Source: the human T2T-CHM13v2.0 reference genome, Homo sapiens
Assembly (NCBI RefSeq): GCF_009914755.1
Contig: NC_060946.1
Direction: 5' to 3' (one strand)
Length of the DNA stretch: 64,000 nt
This document shows, piece after piece, positions 1-16,403 of the stretch; the first letter of the stretch is position 1, and the number at the start of each line of letters is the position of its first letter. The position numbers were made by a program, and so were the translations under genes. The notes beneath the pieces are model-generated. The model searched no databases, had not been told where the DNA came from, and worked only from the letters and a program-made list of their open reading frames with translations.

Positions 1-2092
1 TTTTATAGGGTCTGCAAGTGGATATTTGTTTAGCTGGGAGGATTTTGTTGGAAAAGGGAATATCTTCACATAAATACTAGACAGAAGCTTTCTCAGAAAC
101 TTCTTTGTGATGTCTGTACTCAACTCACATAGTTCAACCTCTCATTTGATACGGCAGTTTTGAAACACTCTTCTTGTAGAATCTGCAAGTGGGTATGTGG
201 ATAGCTTTGAGGCTTTCCCTGGAAACGGGAATATCTTCACATAAAAACTAGAGAGAAGCATTCTCAGAAACTTCTTTGTGACGTTTGCATTCAACTCACA
301 TAGTTGAACATTCCTTTTTATACAGCAGTTTTGAAACACTCTTCTTGTGAAATCTGCAAGTGGACATTTGGAGCGATTTGATACCTATGGTGAAAAAGGA
401 AATATCTTCACATAAAAATTGGACAGAAGCATTCTCAGAAACTACATTGTGATGGGTGTACTCAACTCACAGAGTTAAACCTTTCCTTTGATACACCAGT
501 TTTGAAACACTGTTCTTGTAGACTTTACAAGTGGATATTTGGACAGCTTTGCGTATTTCGTTGGAAACGTGAATATCTTCACATAAAAACTAGACAGAAG
601 CATTCTGAGAAACTATTTTGTGATGTTTGCATTCAACTCTTGGGGTTGAACATTCACTCTCAAAGAGCAGTTTTGAAACACTCTTTTTGTAGTATCTGGA
701 AGTGGACATTTGGAGCGCTTTGAGTCTCATGGTGAAAAAGCAAATATCTTCACATAAAAATTACACAGAAGCATTCTCAGAAACTTCTTGGTGATGCTTG
801 CATTCAACCCACTGAGTTGAACATTCCTTTTCATAGAGCAGTTTTGAAGGACTCTTTTTGTAGAATCTGGAAGTGGAAACTTGGAGCGCTTTGAGGCCTA
901 TGGTGAAAAAGGAAATATCTTCACATAAAAGCTAGACAAAAGAATTCTCAGAAACTCCTTTGTGATGTGTGTACTCAACTCACAGAGTTGAACTTTTCTT
1001 TTGATAGAGCAGTTTTGAAACACTCTTTTTGTAGAATTTCCAAGTGGATATTTGGATACGTTTGAGGATTTCCTTGGAAATGGGAATATCTTCACATAAA
1101 AACTAGACCGAAGCATTCTCAGAAACTCCTTTGTGATGTTTGCATTCAACGCACAGAGTTGAAAATTCCCTTTCATAGAGCAGTTTTGAAACACGCCTTT
1201 TGTAGAATCTGCAAGTGGACATTTGGTTCGATTTGAGACCTAGTTTGAAAAAGGAAATATCTTCACATAAAAAGTAGACAGAAGCATTCTCAGAAGCTAC
1301 TTTTTGATGTGTGTACTCAACTCACAGAGTTAAACTCTTCCTGTGATACAGCAGATTTTAAAAACTCTTCTTTTGGAATTTACAAGTGCATATTTGTACA
1401 ACATTGAGGATTTCGTTGGAATCGGGAATATCTTCACATAAAACTAGAGAGAAGCATTCTCAGAAGCTTCTTTGTGATGTGTGCATTCAACTCACTGACT
1501 TTAAACTTTCCTTTTTTATAGCAGATTGGAAATATTCTTTTTGTAGAATTTCCAATTGGCTATTTGGACAGTTTTGAGGCCTTCGCTGGAAAATCTATAT
1601 CTTCACATAAAAACTGGACAGAAGAATCCTCAGAAACTTCTTTGAGATGCCTGCATTCAACTCACAGAGTTGAACCCTCCTTTTCTTAGAGCAGTTTAGA
1701 AACACTCTTTTTGTAGAATCTGTAAATGGAAACATAGAGCGATTTGAAGCCTATGATGAAAAAGGAAATATCTTCCCATGAAAACTGGACAGAAGAATTC
1801 TCAGAAACCTCTTTGTGATGTGTGTATTAAAATCGCAGAGTTGAATTTTTCTTTTGATAGAGCAGTTTTGAAACGCTCTTTTTGTAGGGTCTGCAAGTGG
1901 ATATTAGGATAGCTGGGAGGATTTCATTGGAAACGGGAATACATTCACATAAATACTAGACAGAAGCATTCTCAGAAACTTCTTTGTGATGGGTGTACTA
2001 AACTCACAGAGTTGGACTTTTCTTTTGATAGAACAGTTTTGAAACACACTTTTTGTAGAGTCTGCAAGTGGATATTTGTATAGCTTTGAGGA

Positions 2093-2109
2093 TTTCGTTG
2101 GAAACGGGA
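2093..2109 (+). promoter_or_regulatory. Intact CENP-B box (example; others at 2777-2793, 4312-4328 and several between 13.1 and 16.1 kb)
   Basis: TTTCGTTGGAAACGGGA matches the 17-bp CENP-B box YTTCGTTGGAARCGGGA. Confidence 0.92.
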
Positions 2110-5100
2110 ATATCTTTACATAAAAAATAGATAGAAGCATTCTCAGAAACTTCTTTGTGATGCCTGCATTCAACTCACTGAGGTGAACATTCCTTTTCAT
2201 AGAGCAGTTTTGAAACACTCTTTTTGTAGTATCTGTAAGTGGAAACTTGGAGTGCTTTGAGGCCTATGGTGAAAAAGGAAATATCTTCCCATAAAAACTA
2301 GAGAAAATAATTCCCAGAAACTTCTTTGTGATGTGTGTACTCAACTCACAGAGTTGAACATTTCTTTTGATAAAGGAGTTTTGCCACACTCTTTCTGTAG
2401 AGTCTGCAAGTGGATATTTGCATAGCTTTGAGGATTTCATTGGAAACGGGAATATCTTCACATAAAAACTAGACAGAGGCATTCTCAGAAACCTCTTTGT
2501 GATGTTCGCATTCAACTCACAGAGTTGAACATTCCCTTTCATATAGCAGTTTTGAAACACTCTTTTTGTAGTGTCTGAAAGTGGACATTTGGAGCGCTTT
2601 GAGGCCTGTGGTGAAAAAGGAAATATCTTCCCATAAAAACTAGACAGAAGAATTCTCAGAAACGTCTTTGCGATGTGTGTACTCAACTCACATAGTTGAA
2701 CTCTTCTTTTCACAGAGCAGTTTTGAAACACTCCTTTTGTAGGCTCTGCAAGTGGATATTTGGATAGCTGTGAGGCTTTCGTTGGAAACGGGAATATCTT
2801 CATATTAAAACTAGACAGAAGCAATCTCAGAAACTTCTTTGTGATGTTTGCATTCAGCTCACAGAGTTGAACATTCCCTTTCATAGAGCAGTTTTGAAAC
2901 ACTCTTTTTGTTGTATCTGGAAGTGGACATTTGGAAAGCTTTGATGCCTGCAGTGAAAAAGGAAATATCTTCACGTAAAACCAGACAGAAGCATTCTCAG
3001 AAGCTTCTTTGTGATGTGTGTACTCAACTCATAGAGTTAAACTTTTCTTTTGATACAGCAGGTTTGAAACACTGTTCTTCTAGACTTTACCAGTGGATAT
3101 TAGGACAGCTTTGAGTGTTTCGTTGGAAACGGAAATATCTTCAAATAAAAACTAGACAGAAGCATTCTCAGAAACTGCTCTGTGATGTTTGCATTTAACT
3201 CTGGGAGTTGAACATTCCCTTTCAAAGAGCAGCTTTGAAAAATCCTTTTTGTGGTATCTGGAAGTGGACATTTGGAGCGCTTTGAGTCCTGTGGTGAAAA
3301 GGAAATATCTTCACATAAAAACTGGACAGAAGAATTCTCCGAAACTACTTTGTGATGTGTGTACTCAACTAACACAGTTGAACCATTCTTTTGATAGAGC
3401 AGTTTCGAAACACTCTTTTAGTAGAATCTGCAAGTGGATATTTGGATAGTTTTGAGGCTTTTGTTGGAAACGGGAATATCTTCACATAAAAACTAGACAG
3501 AAGCATTCTCAGAAACTTCTTTGTGATGCTTGCATTGAACTCACTGAATTGAACATTCCGTTTCATAGAGCAGTTTTGAAACATTCTTTTTGGAGAATCT
3601 GTAAGTGTAATCTTGGAGCACTTTGAGGTCTTCGGTGAAAAAGGAAATATCTTCCCATAAAAACTGGACAGAAAAATTCTCAGAAACTTCTTTGTGATGT
3701 GTGTACTCAACTCACAGAGTTAAACCTTTCCTTTGTTACAGCAGTTTTGAAACACTCTTCTTGTTGTATTTACAAGTGGATATTAGTACAGCACTGTGGA
3801 TTTCATTGGAAACGGGAATATCTTCACATAAAATTAGAGAGAAGCATTCTCAGAAGCTTCTTTGTGATGTGTGCATTCCACTCATTGATTTGAAACTTTC
3901 CTTTGATATAGCTGATTGGAAACACTCTTTTTATAGAATTTGCAAGTGGATATTTGAACAGTTTTGAGGCCTTCGCTGGAAATGTGTATATCTTCACATA
4001 GAAACTAGACAGAATAATTCTCAGAAACTTCTCTGTGATGGTTGCATTCAACTCACAGAGTTGAACACTCCTTTCATAGAGCAGGTTTGAAACACTCTTT
4101 TTGTAAAATCTGTAAGTGGAAACTTGGAGCGCTTTGAGGCCCATGGTGAAAAAGGAAATATCTTCCCATAAAAACTAGAGAGAAGCATTCTCAGAAACTC
4201 CATTGTGATGTGTGTACTCAACTCAAAGAGGTGAACCTTTCTTTTCATACAGCAGGTTTGAAACACTCTTTTTGGAGAATCTGCAAGTGGATATTTGGAT
4301 AGCTTTGAGGTTTTCGTTGGAAACGGGAATACCGTCATATGAAATCTAGACAGAAGCATTCTGAGAAACATCTTTGTGATGTATGCATTGATGTCACAGA
4401 GTTCAACATTCCCTTTCATAGAGCAAGTTTGAAACCCTCTTTTTGTAGTATCTGCAAGTGGACATTTGGAGCCCTTTGGGGCCTATGGTGAAAAAGGAAA
4501 TATCTTCCCTTAAAAACTAGACAGAAGAGTTGTCAGAAACTAGTTTGTGATCTGTGGACTCAACTAACAGAGTTGAACCTTTCTTTTGATAGAGCAGTTT
4601 TGAAACACTCCTTTTGTAGAGTCTGCCTGTGGATATTTGGATAGCTTTGAGGATTTTGTTGGAAACGAGAATATCTTCATATAAAATCTAGACAGAAGCA
4701 TTCTGTGAAACATCTTTGTGATGTTTGCATTCAAGTGAGAGGCGAACATTCCCTTTCATGGAGCAGATTTGAAACACTCTTTTTGTACCATCTGGAAGTG
4801 GACATTTGGAGCGCTTTGAGGCCTATGGTGAAAAAGAAAATATCTTCCCATAAAAAGTAGACAGAAGCATTCTCAGAAACTTGTTTGTGATGTGTGTACT
4901 CAACTGAGTTGAACCTTTCTTTTGATAGAGTAGTTTTGAAACACTCTTTTTGTAGAATCTGCAAGTGGATATTTGGATAGCTTTGTGGATTTCGTTTTGA
5001 ACGGGAATATCTTCATATGAAATATAGACAGAAGCATTCTGAGAAACAACTTTGTGATGCTTGCATTCAAGTCACAGACTTGAACATTCCTTTTCATAGA

Positions 5101-5422
5101 GCAGGTTTGAAACACTCTTTTTGTAGTATTTGGAAGTGGACATTTGGAGCACTTTGAGGCATATGGTGAAAAAGGAAATCTCTTCCATAAAAACTAGACA
5201 GAAGCATTCTCAGAAACCTGTTTGTGATGTGTGTACTCAGGTCACAGAGTTGAACTTTTCTTTTGATAGAGAAGTTTTGAAACACTCTTTTTGTAGAATC
5301 TGCAAGTGGATATTTGGATAGTTTGAGGATTTCATTGGAAACGGGAATAACTTCATGTGAAATCTAGAGAGAAGCATTCTGAGAAACATCTTTTTGATGT
5401 CTGCATTCAATTCAGAGTTGAA

Positions 5423-5433
5423 CATTCCCTTTC
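5423..5433. repeat. Target-site duplication of L1-A (partner at 11553-11563)
   Basis: CATTCCCTTTC at 5423-5433 versus CATTCCTTTTC at 11553-11563 (10/11 match). The satellite monomer resumes in register after the second copy (ATAGAGCAGG). Confidence 0.85.
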
Positions 5434-5492
5434 TTTTTTTTTTATTGAATGCATTTTCAGCTTAAGACATTTTCAACTTAATGATGGGCTTC
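5434..5492 (-). mobile_element. Short L1 3' transduction: 49-bp Tigger4 (Zombi/MER46)-like DNA-transposon fragment plus a second poly(A)
   Basis: Minus strand reads L1 A-rich tail, then GAAGCCCATCATTAAGTTGAAAATGTCTTAAGCTGAAAATGCATTCAAT, then A10, then the TSD. It resembles the recalled Tigger4 sequence AAACCCATCGTAAGTTGAAAATATCGTAAGTCGAAAATGCATTTAAT. Confidence 0.75.
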
Positions 5493-5736
5493 TTTTTTTA
5501 TTTTATTATTTTTTTTATTTTTTATTGTTTTATTATACTTTCAGTTTTAGGGTAGATGTGCACATTGTGCTGGTTAGTTACATAAGTATACATGTGATAT
5601 GCTGGTGCACTGCACCCACTAACTTGTCATCTAGCATTAGGTATATCTCCCAATGCTATCCCTCCCCCCTCCACCCACCCCACCACAGTCCCCAGAGTGT
5701 GATATTCCCCTTCCTGGGTCCATGTGATCTCATTGT

Positions 5737-9558
<3,822 letters not shown>

Positions 9559-9621
9559 TAGGATGTTAGCTGGTTATTTTGCTCGTTAGTTGATGCAGTT
9601 TCTTCCTAGTCTCGATGGTCT

Positions 9622-10635
9622 TTACATTTTGGCATGATTTTTCAGTGGCTGGTACCGGTTGTTCCTTTCCATGTTTAGCACTTCCTTCAGGAGCTCTTTT
9701 AGGGCAGGCCTGGTGGTGACAAAATCTCTCAGCATTTGCTTGTCTGTAAAGTATTTCATTTCTCCTTCACTTATGAAGCTTAGTTTGGCTGGATATGAAA
9801 TTCTGGGTTGAAAATTCTTTTCTTTAAGAATGTTGAATATTGGCCCCCACTCTCTTCTGGCTTGTAGAGGTTCTGCTGAGAGATCCGCTGTTAGTCTGAT
9901 GGGCTTCCCTTTGAGAGTAACCCGACCTTTCTCTCTGGCTGCTCTTAACATTTTTTCCTTCATTTCAACTTTGGTGAATCTGACAATTATGTTTCTTGGA
10001 GTTGCTGTTCTCAAGGAGTATCTTTGTGGCGTTCTCTGTATTTCCTGAATCTGAATGTTGGCCTGCCTTGCTAGATTGGGGAAGTTCTGGATAATATCCT
10101 GCAGAGTGTTTTCCAACTTGGTTCCATTCTCCCTGTCACTTTCAGGTACACCAATCAGATGTAGATTTGGTCTTTTCACATAGTCCCATATTTCTTGGAG
10201 GCTTTGCTCATTTCTTTTTATTCTTTTTTCTCTAAACTTCCCTTCTCACTTCATTTCTTTCATTTCACCTTCCATTGCTGATACCCTTTCTTCAAATTGA
10301 TCGCATCAGCTCCTGAGGCTTCTGCATTCTTCACGTAGTTCTCGAGCCTTGGTTTTCAGCTCCATCAGCTCCTTTAAGCACTTCTCTGTATTGGTTATTC
10401 TAGTTATACATTCTGCTAAATTTTTTTCAACGTTTTCAACTTGTTTGCCTTTGGTTTGAATGTCCTCCTGTAGCTCAGCGTAATTTGATCATCTGAAGCC
10501 TTCTTCTCTCAGCTCGTCAAAGTCATTCTCCATCCAGCTTTGTTCCATTGCTGGTGAGGAACTGTATTCCTTTGAAGGAGGAGAGGCACTCTGCTTTTTA
10601 GAGTTTCTAGTTTTTCTGTTCTGTTTTTTCCCCAT
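9622..10635 (-). pseudogene. L1-A ORF1 (RNA-binding/chaperone protein), disrupted
   Basis: ATG at 10633-10635. In-frame TGA at codons 49, 110 and 130. The C-terminal part is open (9622-10179, containing ARREW, YPAKLS and ending NHAKM). Confidence 0.95.
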
Positions 10636-11539
10636 CTTTGTGCTTTTATCTACTTTTGGTCTTTGATGATGGTGATATACAGATGGGTTTTTGGTGTGGA
10701 TGTCCTTTCTGTTTGTTAGTTTTCCTTCTAACAGACAGGACCCTCAGCTGCAGGTCTGTTGGAATACCCTGCCTTGAGAGGTGTCAGTGTGCCCCTGCTG
10801 GGGGGGTGCCTCCCAGTTAGGCTGCTCAGGGGTCACGGGTCAGGGACCCACTTGAGGAGGCAGTCTCCCCATTCTCAGATCTCCAGCTGCATTCTGGGAG
10901 AACCACTGCTCTCTTCAAAGCTGTCAGACAGGGACATTTAAGTCCGCAGAGGTTACTGCTGTATTTTTGTTTGTCTGTGCCCTGCCCCCAGAGGTGGAGC
11001 CTACAGAGGCAGGCAGGGCTCCTTGAGCTGTGGTGGGCTCCACCCAGTTGGAGCTTCCTGGCTGCTTTGTTTACCTAAGCAAGCCTGGGCAATGGCGGGC
11101 GCCCCTCCCCCAGCCTCACTGCCGCCTTGCAGTTTAATCTCAGACTGCTGTGCTAGCAATCAGGGAGACTCTGTGGGCGTAGGACCCTCCGAGTCAGGTG
11201 CGGGATATAATCTCGTGGTGTGCCGTATTTTAAGCTGGTGGGAAAAGCGCAGTATTAGGGTGGGAGTGACCCGATTTTCCAGGTGCTTCCGTCACCCCTT
11301 TCTTTGACTGGGAAACGGAACTCCCTGACCCCTTGGGCTTCCCAAGTGAGGCAATGCCTCGCCCTGTTTCAGCTTGCGCAGGGTGCATGCACCCACTGAC
11401 CTGGGCCGACTGTCTGGCACTCCCTAGTGAGATGACCCTGGTACCTCAGATGGAAATGCAGAAAACACCCGTCTTCTGCGTCGCTCACGCTGGGAGCTAT
11501 AACTGGAGCTGTTCCTATTCAGCTATCTTGGCTCCTCCC
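10636..11539 (-). promoter_or_regulatory. L1-A 5'UTR with internal sense promoter and antisense promoter; YY1 site mutated
   Basis: Typical GC-rich L1PA 5'UTR. It has AAGATAGCTG where the YY1 motif AAGATGGCCG is expected. Promoter activity is inferred, not shown. Confidence 0.85.
11092..11307 (+). CDS. LINE-1 ORF0 (antisense 71-aa ORF), open
   Basis: MAGAPPPASLPPCSLISDCCASNQ...RVGVTRFSRCFRHPFL* within ORF 11023-11307. 216 nt = 71 aa plus stop, matching the known primate L1 ORF0. Confidence 0.85.
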   Translation: MAGAPPPASLPPCSLISDCCASNQGDSVGVGPSESGAGYNLVVCRILSWWEKRSIRVGVTRFSRCFRHPFL

Positions 11540-11552
11540 AATGGGTTTCTTC

Positions 11553-14500
11553 CATTCCTTTTCATAGAGCAGGTTTGAAACACTGTTTTTGTAGCATCTA
11601 GGAGTGGACATTTGGAGCGCTTTCAGGCCTATGGTGAAAAAGGAAATATCTTCATATAAAAACTAGACAGAAGCATTCTCAGAAATTTGTGATATGTGTA
11701 CTGAACTAACAGAGTTGAACCTTTCTTTTGACAGAGCAGTTTTGAAACACTCTTTCTGTACAATCTGCAAGTGGATATTTGGATAGCTTTGAGGATTTCA
11801 TTGGAAACGGGAATATCTTCATAATAAATCTAGACAGAAGCATTCTGAGAAACATCTTTGTGATGTTTGCATTGAAGTCACAGAGTTGAACATTCCCTTT
11901 CATAGAGCAGGTTTCAAACACTCTTTTTATAGTATCTGGAAGTGGACATTTGGAACGCTTTGAGGCATATGGTGAAAAAGGGAATCTCTTCCCATAAAAA
12001 ATTGACAGCAGCATTCTCAGAAACTTGTTTGCGATGTGTGTACTCAACTCACAGAGTTGAACCTTTCTTTTGATAGAGGTGTTTTCAAACACTCTTTTTG
12101 GAGAATCTGCAAGTGGATATTTGGATAGCTTTGACGATTTCGTTGGAGACGGGAATGTCTTCATATTAAATCTAGACAGAAGCATTCTGAGAAACATGTT
12201 TCTGATGTTTGCATTCATGTCACAGAGTTCAACATTCCCTTTCATAGAGCAGGTTAGAAACACTCTTTTTGTAGTATCTGGAAGTGGACATTTGGAGCGC
12301 TTTGAGGCATTTGATGAAAAAGGAAATATCTTCCCATGAAAACTAGAGAGAAGAATTCTCCGAAAATACTTTGTGATGTGTGTACTCAACTAACACAGTT
12401 GAACCCTTCTTTTGATAGAGCAGTTTTGAAACACTCTTTTTGTAGAATCTGCAAGTGGATATTTGGATAGCTTTGAGGATTTCATTGGAAATGGGAATAT
12501 CTTCATATAAAATCTAGAAAGAAGCATTCTCAGAAACCTCTTAGTGATGTTTGCATTGAAGTCACAGAGTTGAACATTCCGTTTCATAGAGCAGTTTTGA
12601 AACACACTTTTTGTAGTATCTGGAATTTGACATTTGGAGCGCTTTGAGGCCTATGGTGAAAAAGGAAATATCTTCCCATAATAACTAGCCAGAAGAATTC
12701 TCAGAAACTAGTTTGTGATGTGTGTACTCAACTAACACAGTGGAACCTTTCTTTTCATAGAGCAGTTTTGAAACACTCTTTTAGTAGAATCTGCAAGTTG
12801 ATATTTTGATAGCTTTGAAGATTGCGTTGGAAACGGGAATATCTTCATAGAAAATCTAGACAGAAACATTCTCAGAAACATCTTAGTGATGTTTCCATTC
12901 AAGTCACAGAGTTGAACATTCCATTTCATAGAGGACGTTTGAAACACTCTTTCTGTAGTATCTGGAAGTGGACATTTGGAGCGCTTTGGGGCTTTAGGTG
13001 AAAATGGAAATATCGTCCCATAAAAACTAGACAGAAGAATTCTCAGAAACTAGCTTGTGATGTGTGTACTCAACTAACAGAGTTGAACATTCCATTTCAT
13101 AGAGCTGGTTAGAAACAGTCTTTTCGTAGAATCTGCAAGTGGATATTTGGATAGCATTGACGATTTCGTTGGAAACGGGAATATCTTCATATAAAATCTA
13201 GACAGAAGCATTCTCAGAAACCTCTTAGTGAAGCTTGCATTCAAGTCACAGAGTTGAACATTCCATTTCATAGAGCAGGTTTGACACAGTCTTTTTGTAG
13301 AATCTGCAAGTGGATATTTGGATAGCTTTGACGATTTCTTTGGAAATGGAATATCCTCATATAAAATCTAGACAGAAGCATTCTGAGAAACATCTTTGTG
13401 ATGTTTGCATTCAACTCACAGTGTTGAACATTCGCTTTCATAGAGCAGGTTTGAAACACTCCTTTTGTAGTATCTGGAAGTGGACATTTGGAGCGCTTTG
13501 AGGCCTATGTTGAAAAAGGAAATATTTTCCCTTAAAAACTATGCAGAAGAGTTCTCAGAAACTAGTTTGTGATGTGTGTACTCAAGTAACAGAGTTGAAA
13601 CTTTCTTTCGATAGAGCGGTTTTGAAACACTCTTTTTGTAGAATCTGCAAGTGGATATTTGGATAGCTTTGAGGATTTCGTTGGAAACGGGAATATCTTC
13701 ATATAAAATCTAGACAGAAGCATTCTCAGAAACCTTAGTGATGTTTGCATTGAAGTCACAGAGTTGAACATTCCATTTCATAGAGCAGGTTTGAAACAGA
13801 CTTTTTGTAGTATCTGGAAGTTGACATTTGGAGCGCTTTGAAGCCTATGGTGAAAAAGGAAATATCTTCCCATAATAACTAGCCAGAAGAATTCTCAGAA
13901 ACTAGTTTGTGATGTGTGTACTCAACTAACAGAGTTGAACCTTTCTTTTGATAGAGCAGTTTTGAAACACTCTTTTTGTAGAATCTGCAGGTGGCTATTT
14001 GGATAGCTTTGAGGATTTCGTTGGAAATGGGAATATCTTCATATAAAATCTAGACAGAAACATTCTCAGAAACTTCTTAGTGATGTTTCCATTCAAGTCA
14101 GAGAGTTGAACATTCCATTTCATAGAGCAGGTTTGAAACACTCTTTCTGTAGTATCTGGCAGTGGACATTTGGAGCGCTTTGAGGCCTATGGTGAAAATG
14201 GAAATATCTTCCCATAAAAACTAGACAGAAGAATTCTCAGAAACCAGTTTGTGATGTATGTACTCCACAAACAGATTTGAACCTTTCTTTTGATAGAGCA
14301 GTTTTGAGACACTCTTTTTGTAGAATCCACAAGTGGATATTTGGATAGCTTTGACGATTTCATTGGAAACGGAATATCTTCATATAAAATCTAGACAGAA
14401 GCATTGTGAGAAACATCTTTGTGATGTTTGCATTCAACTCACAGAGTTGAACATTGCCTCTCATAGAGCAGGTTTGAAACACTCTTTTTGTAGTATCTGG

Positions 14501-16401
14501 AAGTGAACATTTGGAGCGTTTTGAGGCATATGGTGAAAAAGGGAATCTCTTCCCATAAAAACTAGACAGAAGCATGCTCAGAAACTTGTTTCCCATGTGT
14601 GTACTCAACTAACAGAGTTGAGCCTTTCTTTTGATAGAGCTGTTTTGAAACACTCTTTTTGGAGAATCTGCAAGTGGATATTTGGATAGCTTTGAGGATT
14701 TCGTTGGAAACGGGAATACCTTCATATGAAATCTAGACAGAAGCATTCTGAGAAACATCTTTGTGATGTGTGCATTCATGTCACAGAGTTCAACATTCCC
14801 TTTCATAGAGCAAGTTTGAAACACTCTTTTTGTAGTATCTGCAAGTGGACATTTGGAGCGCTTTGAGGCCTATGGTGAAAAAGGAAATATCTTCCCTTAA
14901 AAACTAGACAGAAGAGTTGTCAGAAACTAGTTTGTGATCTGTGGACTCAACTAACAGAGTTGAACCTTTCTTTCGATAGAGCAGTTTTGAAACACTCCTT
15001 TTGTAGAGTCTGCCTGTGGCTATTTGGATAGGTTTGAGGATTTCGTTGGAAACGGGAATATCTTCATATAAAATCTAGACAGAAGCATTCTCCGAAACTT
15101 CTTAGTGATGTTTGCATTCAAGTCACAGAGTTGAACATTCCATTTCATAGCGCTGGTTTGAAACAGTCTTTTTGTAGGATGTCCAAGTGGATATTTGGAT
15201 AGCTTTGACGATTTCGATGGAAATGGGAATATCTTCATATAAAATCTAGGCAGAAGCATTGTGAGAAACATCTTTGTGATGTTTGCATTCAAGTCACAGA
15301 GTTGAACATTCCCTTTCATAGAGCAGGATTGAAACACTTTTTGTAGTATCTGGAAGTGGACATTTTGAGTGCTTTGAGGCCTATGGTGAAAATGGAAATA
15401 TCTTCCCATAAAAAATAGACAGAAGAATCCTCAGAAACTAGTTTGTGATGTGTGTCCTCAACTAACAGAGTTGAACCTTTCTTTTGATAGAGGAGTTTTC
15501 AAACACTCTTTTTGTAGAAACTGCAAGTGGATATTTGGATAGCTTTGAGGATTTCTTTGTAAACGGGAATATCTTCATATAAAATCTAGACAGAAGCATT
15601 CTGAGAAATTTCTTAGTGATGTTTGCATTCAAGTCACAGAGATGAACATTCCATTTCATAGAGCTGGTTTGAAACAGTCTTTTTGTAGGATCTCCAAGTG
15701 GATATTTGGATACCGTTGACGATTTTGATGGAAATGGGAATATCTTCATATAAAATCTAGACAGAAGCATTGTGAGAAACATCTTTGTGATGTTTGCATT
15801 CAAGTCACAGAGTTTAACATTCCCTTTCATAGAGCAGGTTTGAAACACTCTTATTTTTTAGTATCTGGAAGTGGACATTTTGAGCACTTTGAAGCCTATG
15901 GTGAAAATGGAAATATCTTCCCATAAAAACTAGACAGAAGAATCCTCAGAAACTAGTTTGTGATGTGTGTACTCAACTAACAGAGTTGAACCTTTCTTTT
16001 GATAGAGCAGTTTTCAAACACTCTTTTTGTAGAAACTGCAAGTGGATATTTGGATAGCTTTGAGGATTTCGTTGGAAACGGGATTATCTTCATATAAAAT
16101 CTAGATAGAAGCATTCTCAGAAACTTCTAAGTGATGTTTGCATTCAAGTCACAGGGTTGAGCATTCCATTTCATAGAGCTGGTTAGAAACAGTCTTTTTG
16201 TAGAATCTGCAAGTGGATATTTGGATAGCTTTAAAGATTTCGTTGCAAACGGGAATATGTTCATATAAAATCTAGACAGAAGCATTCTGAGAAATATCTT
16301 TGTGATGTTTGCATTCAAGTCACAGAGTTGAACATTCCCTTTCATAGAGCAGGTTTGAAACACTCTTTTTGTAGTATCTGGAAATGGACATTTTGAGCGC
16401 T
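11553..16401 (+). repeat. Alpha satellite, diverged SF2/SF02-like (D1/D2) with irregular A/B order
   Basis: D1-like monomers (ACTCAACTAACAGAG...TTCGTTGGAAACGGGA...AAAATCTAG) and D2-like monomers (CAAGTCACAGAG...GCAGGTTTG...TAGTATCTGGAAG), plus hybrid monomers. Confidence 0.95.
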
Positions 16402-16403
16402 TT
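16396..16403. other. Alpha-satellite strand-switch (inversion) junction
   Basis: GGACATTTTG-AGCGCT-TTCAAATGTCC: forward monomers end and reverse-complement monomers begin with no intervening sequence. Confidence 0.97.

Larger units (their letters stand above)
1..5433 (+). repeat. Alpha satellite, diverged A/B-type monomers (CENP-B-box and pJalpha-box types), becoming clearly SF2 (D1/D2)-like from about 4200
   Basis: ~171-bp period of CATTCTCAGAAACTTCTTTGTGATG...GTGGA(T/C)ATTTGGA. B monomers with TTTCGTTGGAAACGGGA are mixed with A monomers carrying CTATGGTGAAAAAGGAAA. From ~4200 the D1/D2-like marks CAACTAACAG, CAAGTCACAG and AAAATCTAGAC appear. Family call is from recalled consensus. Confidence 0.97.
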
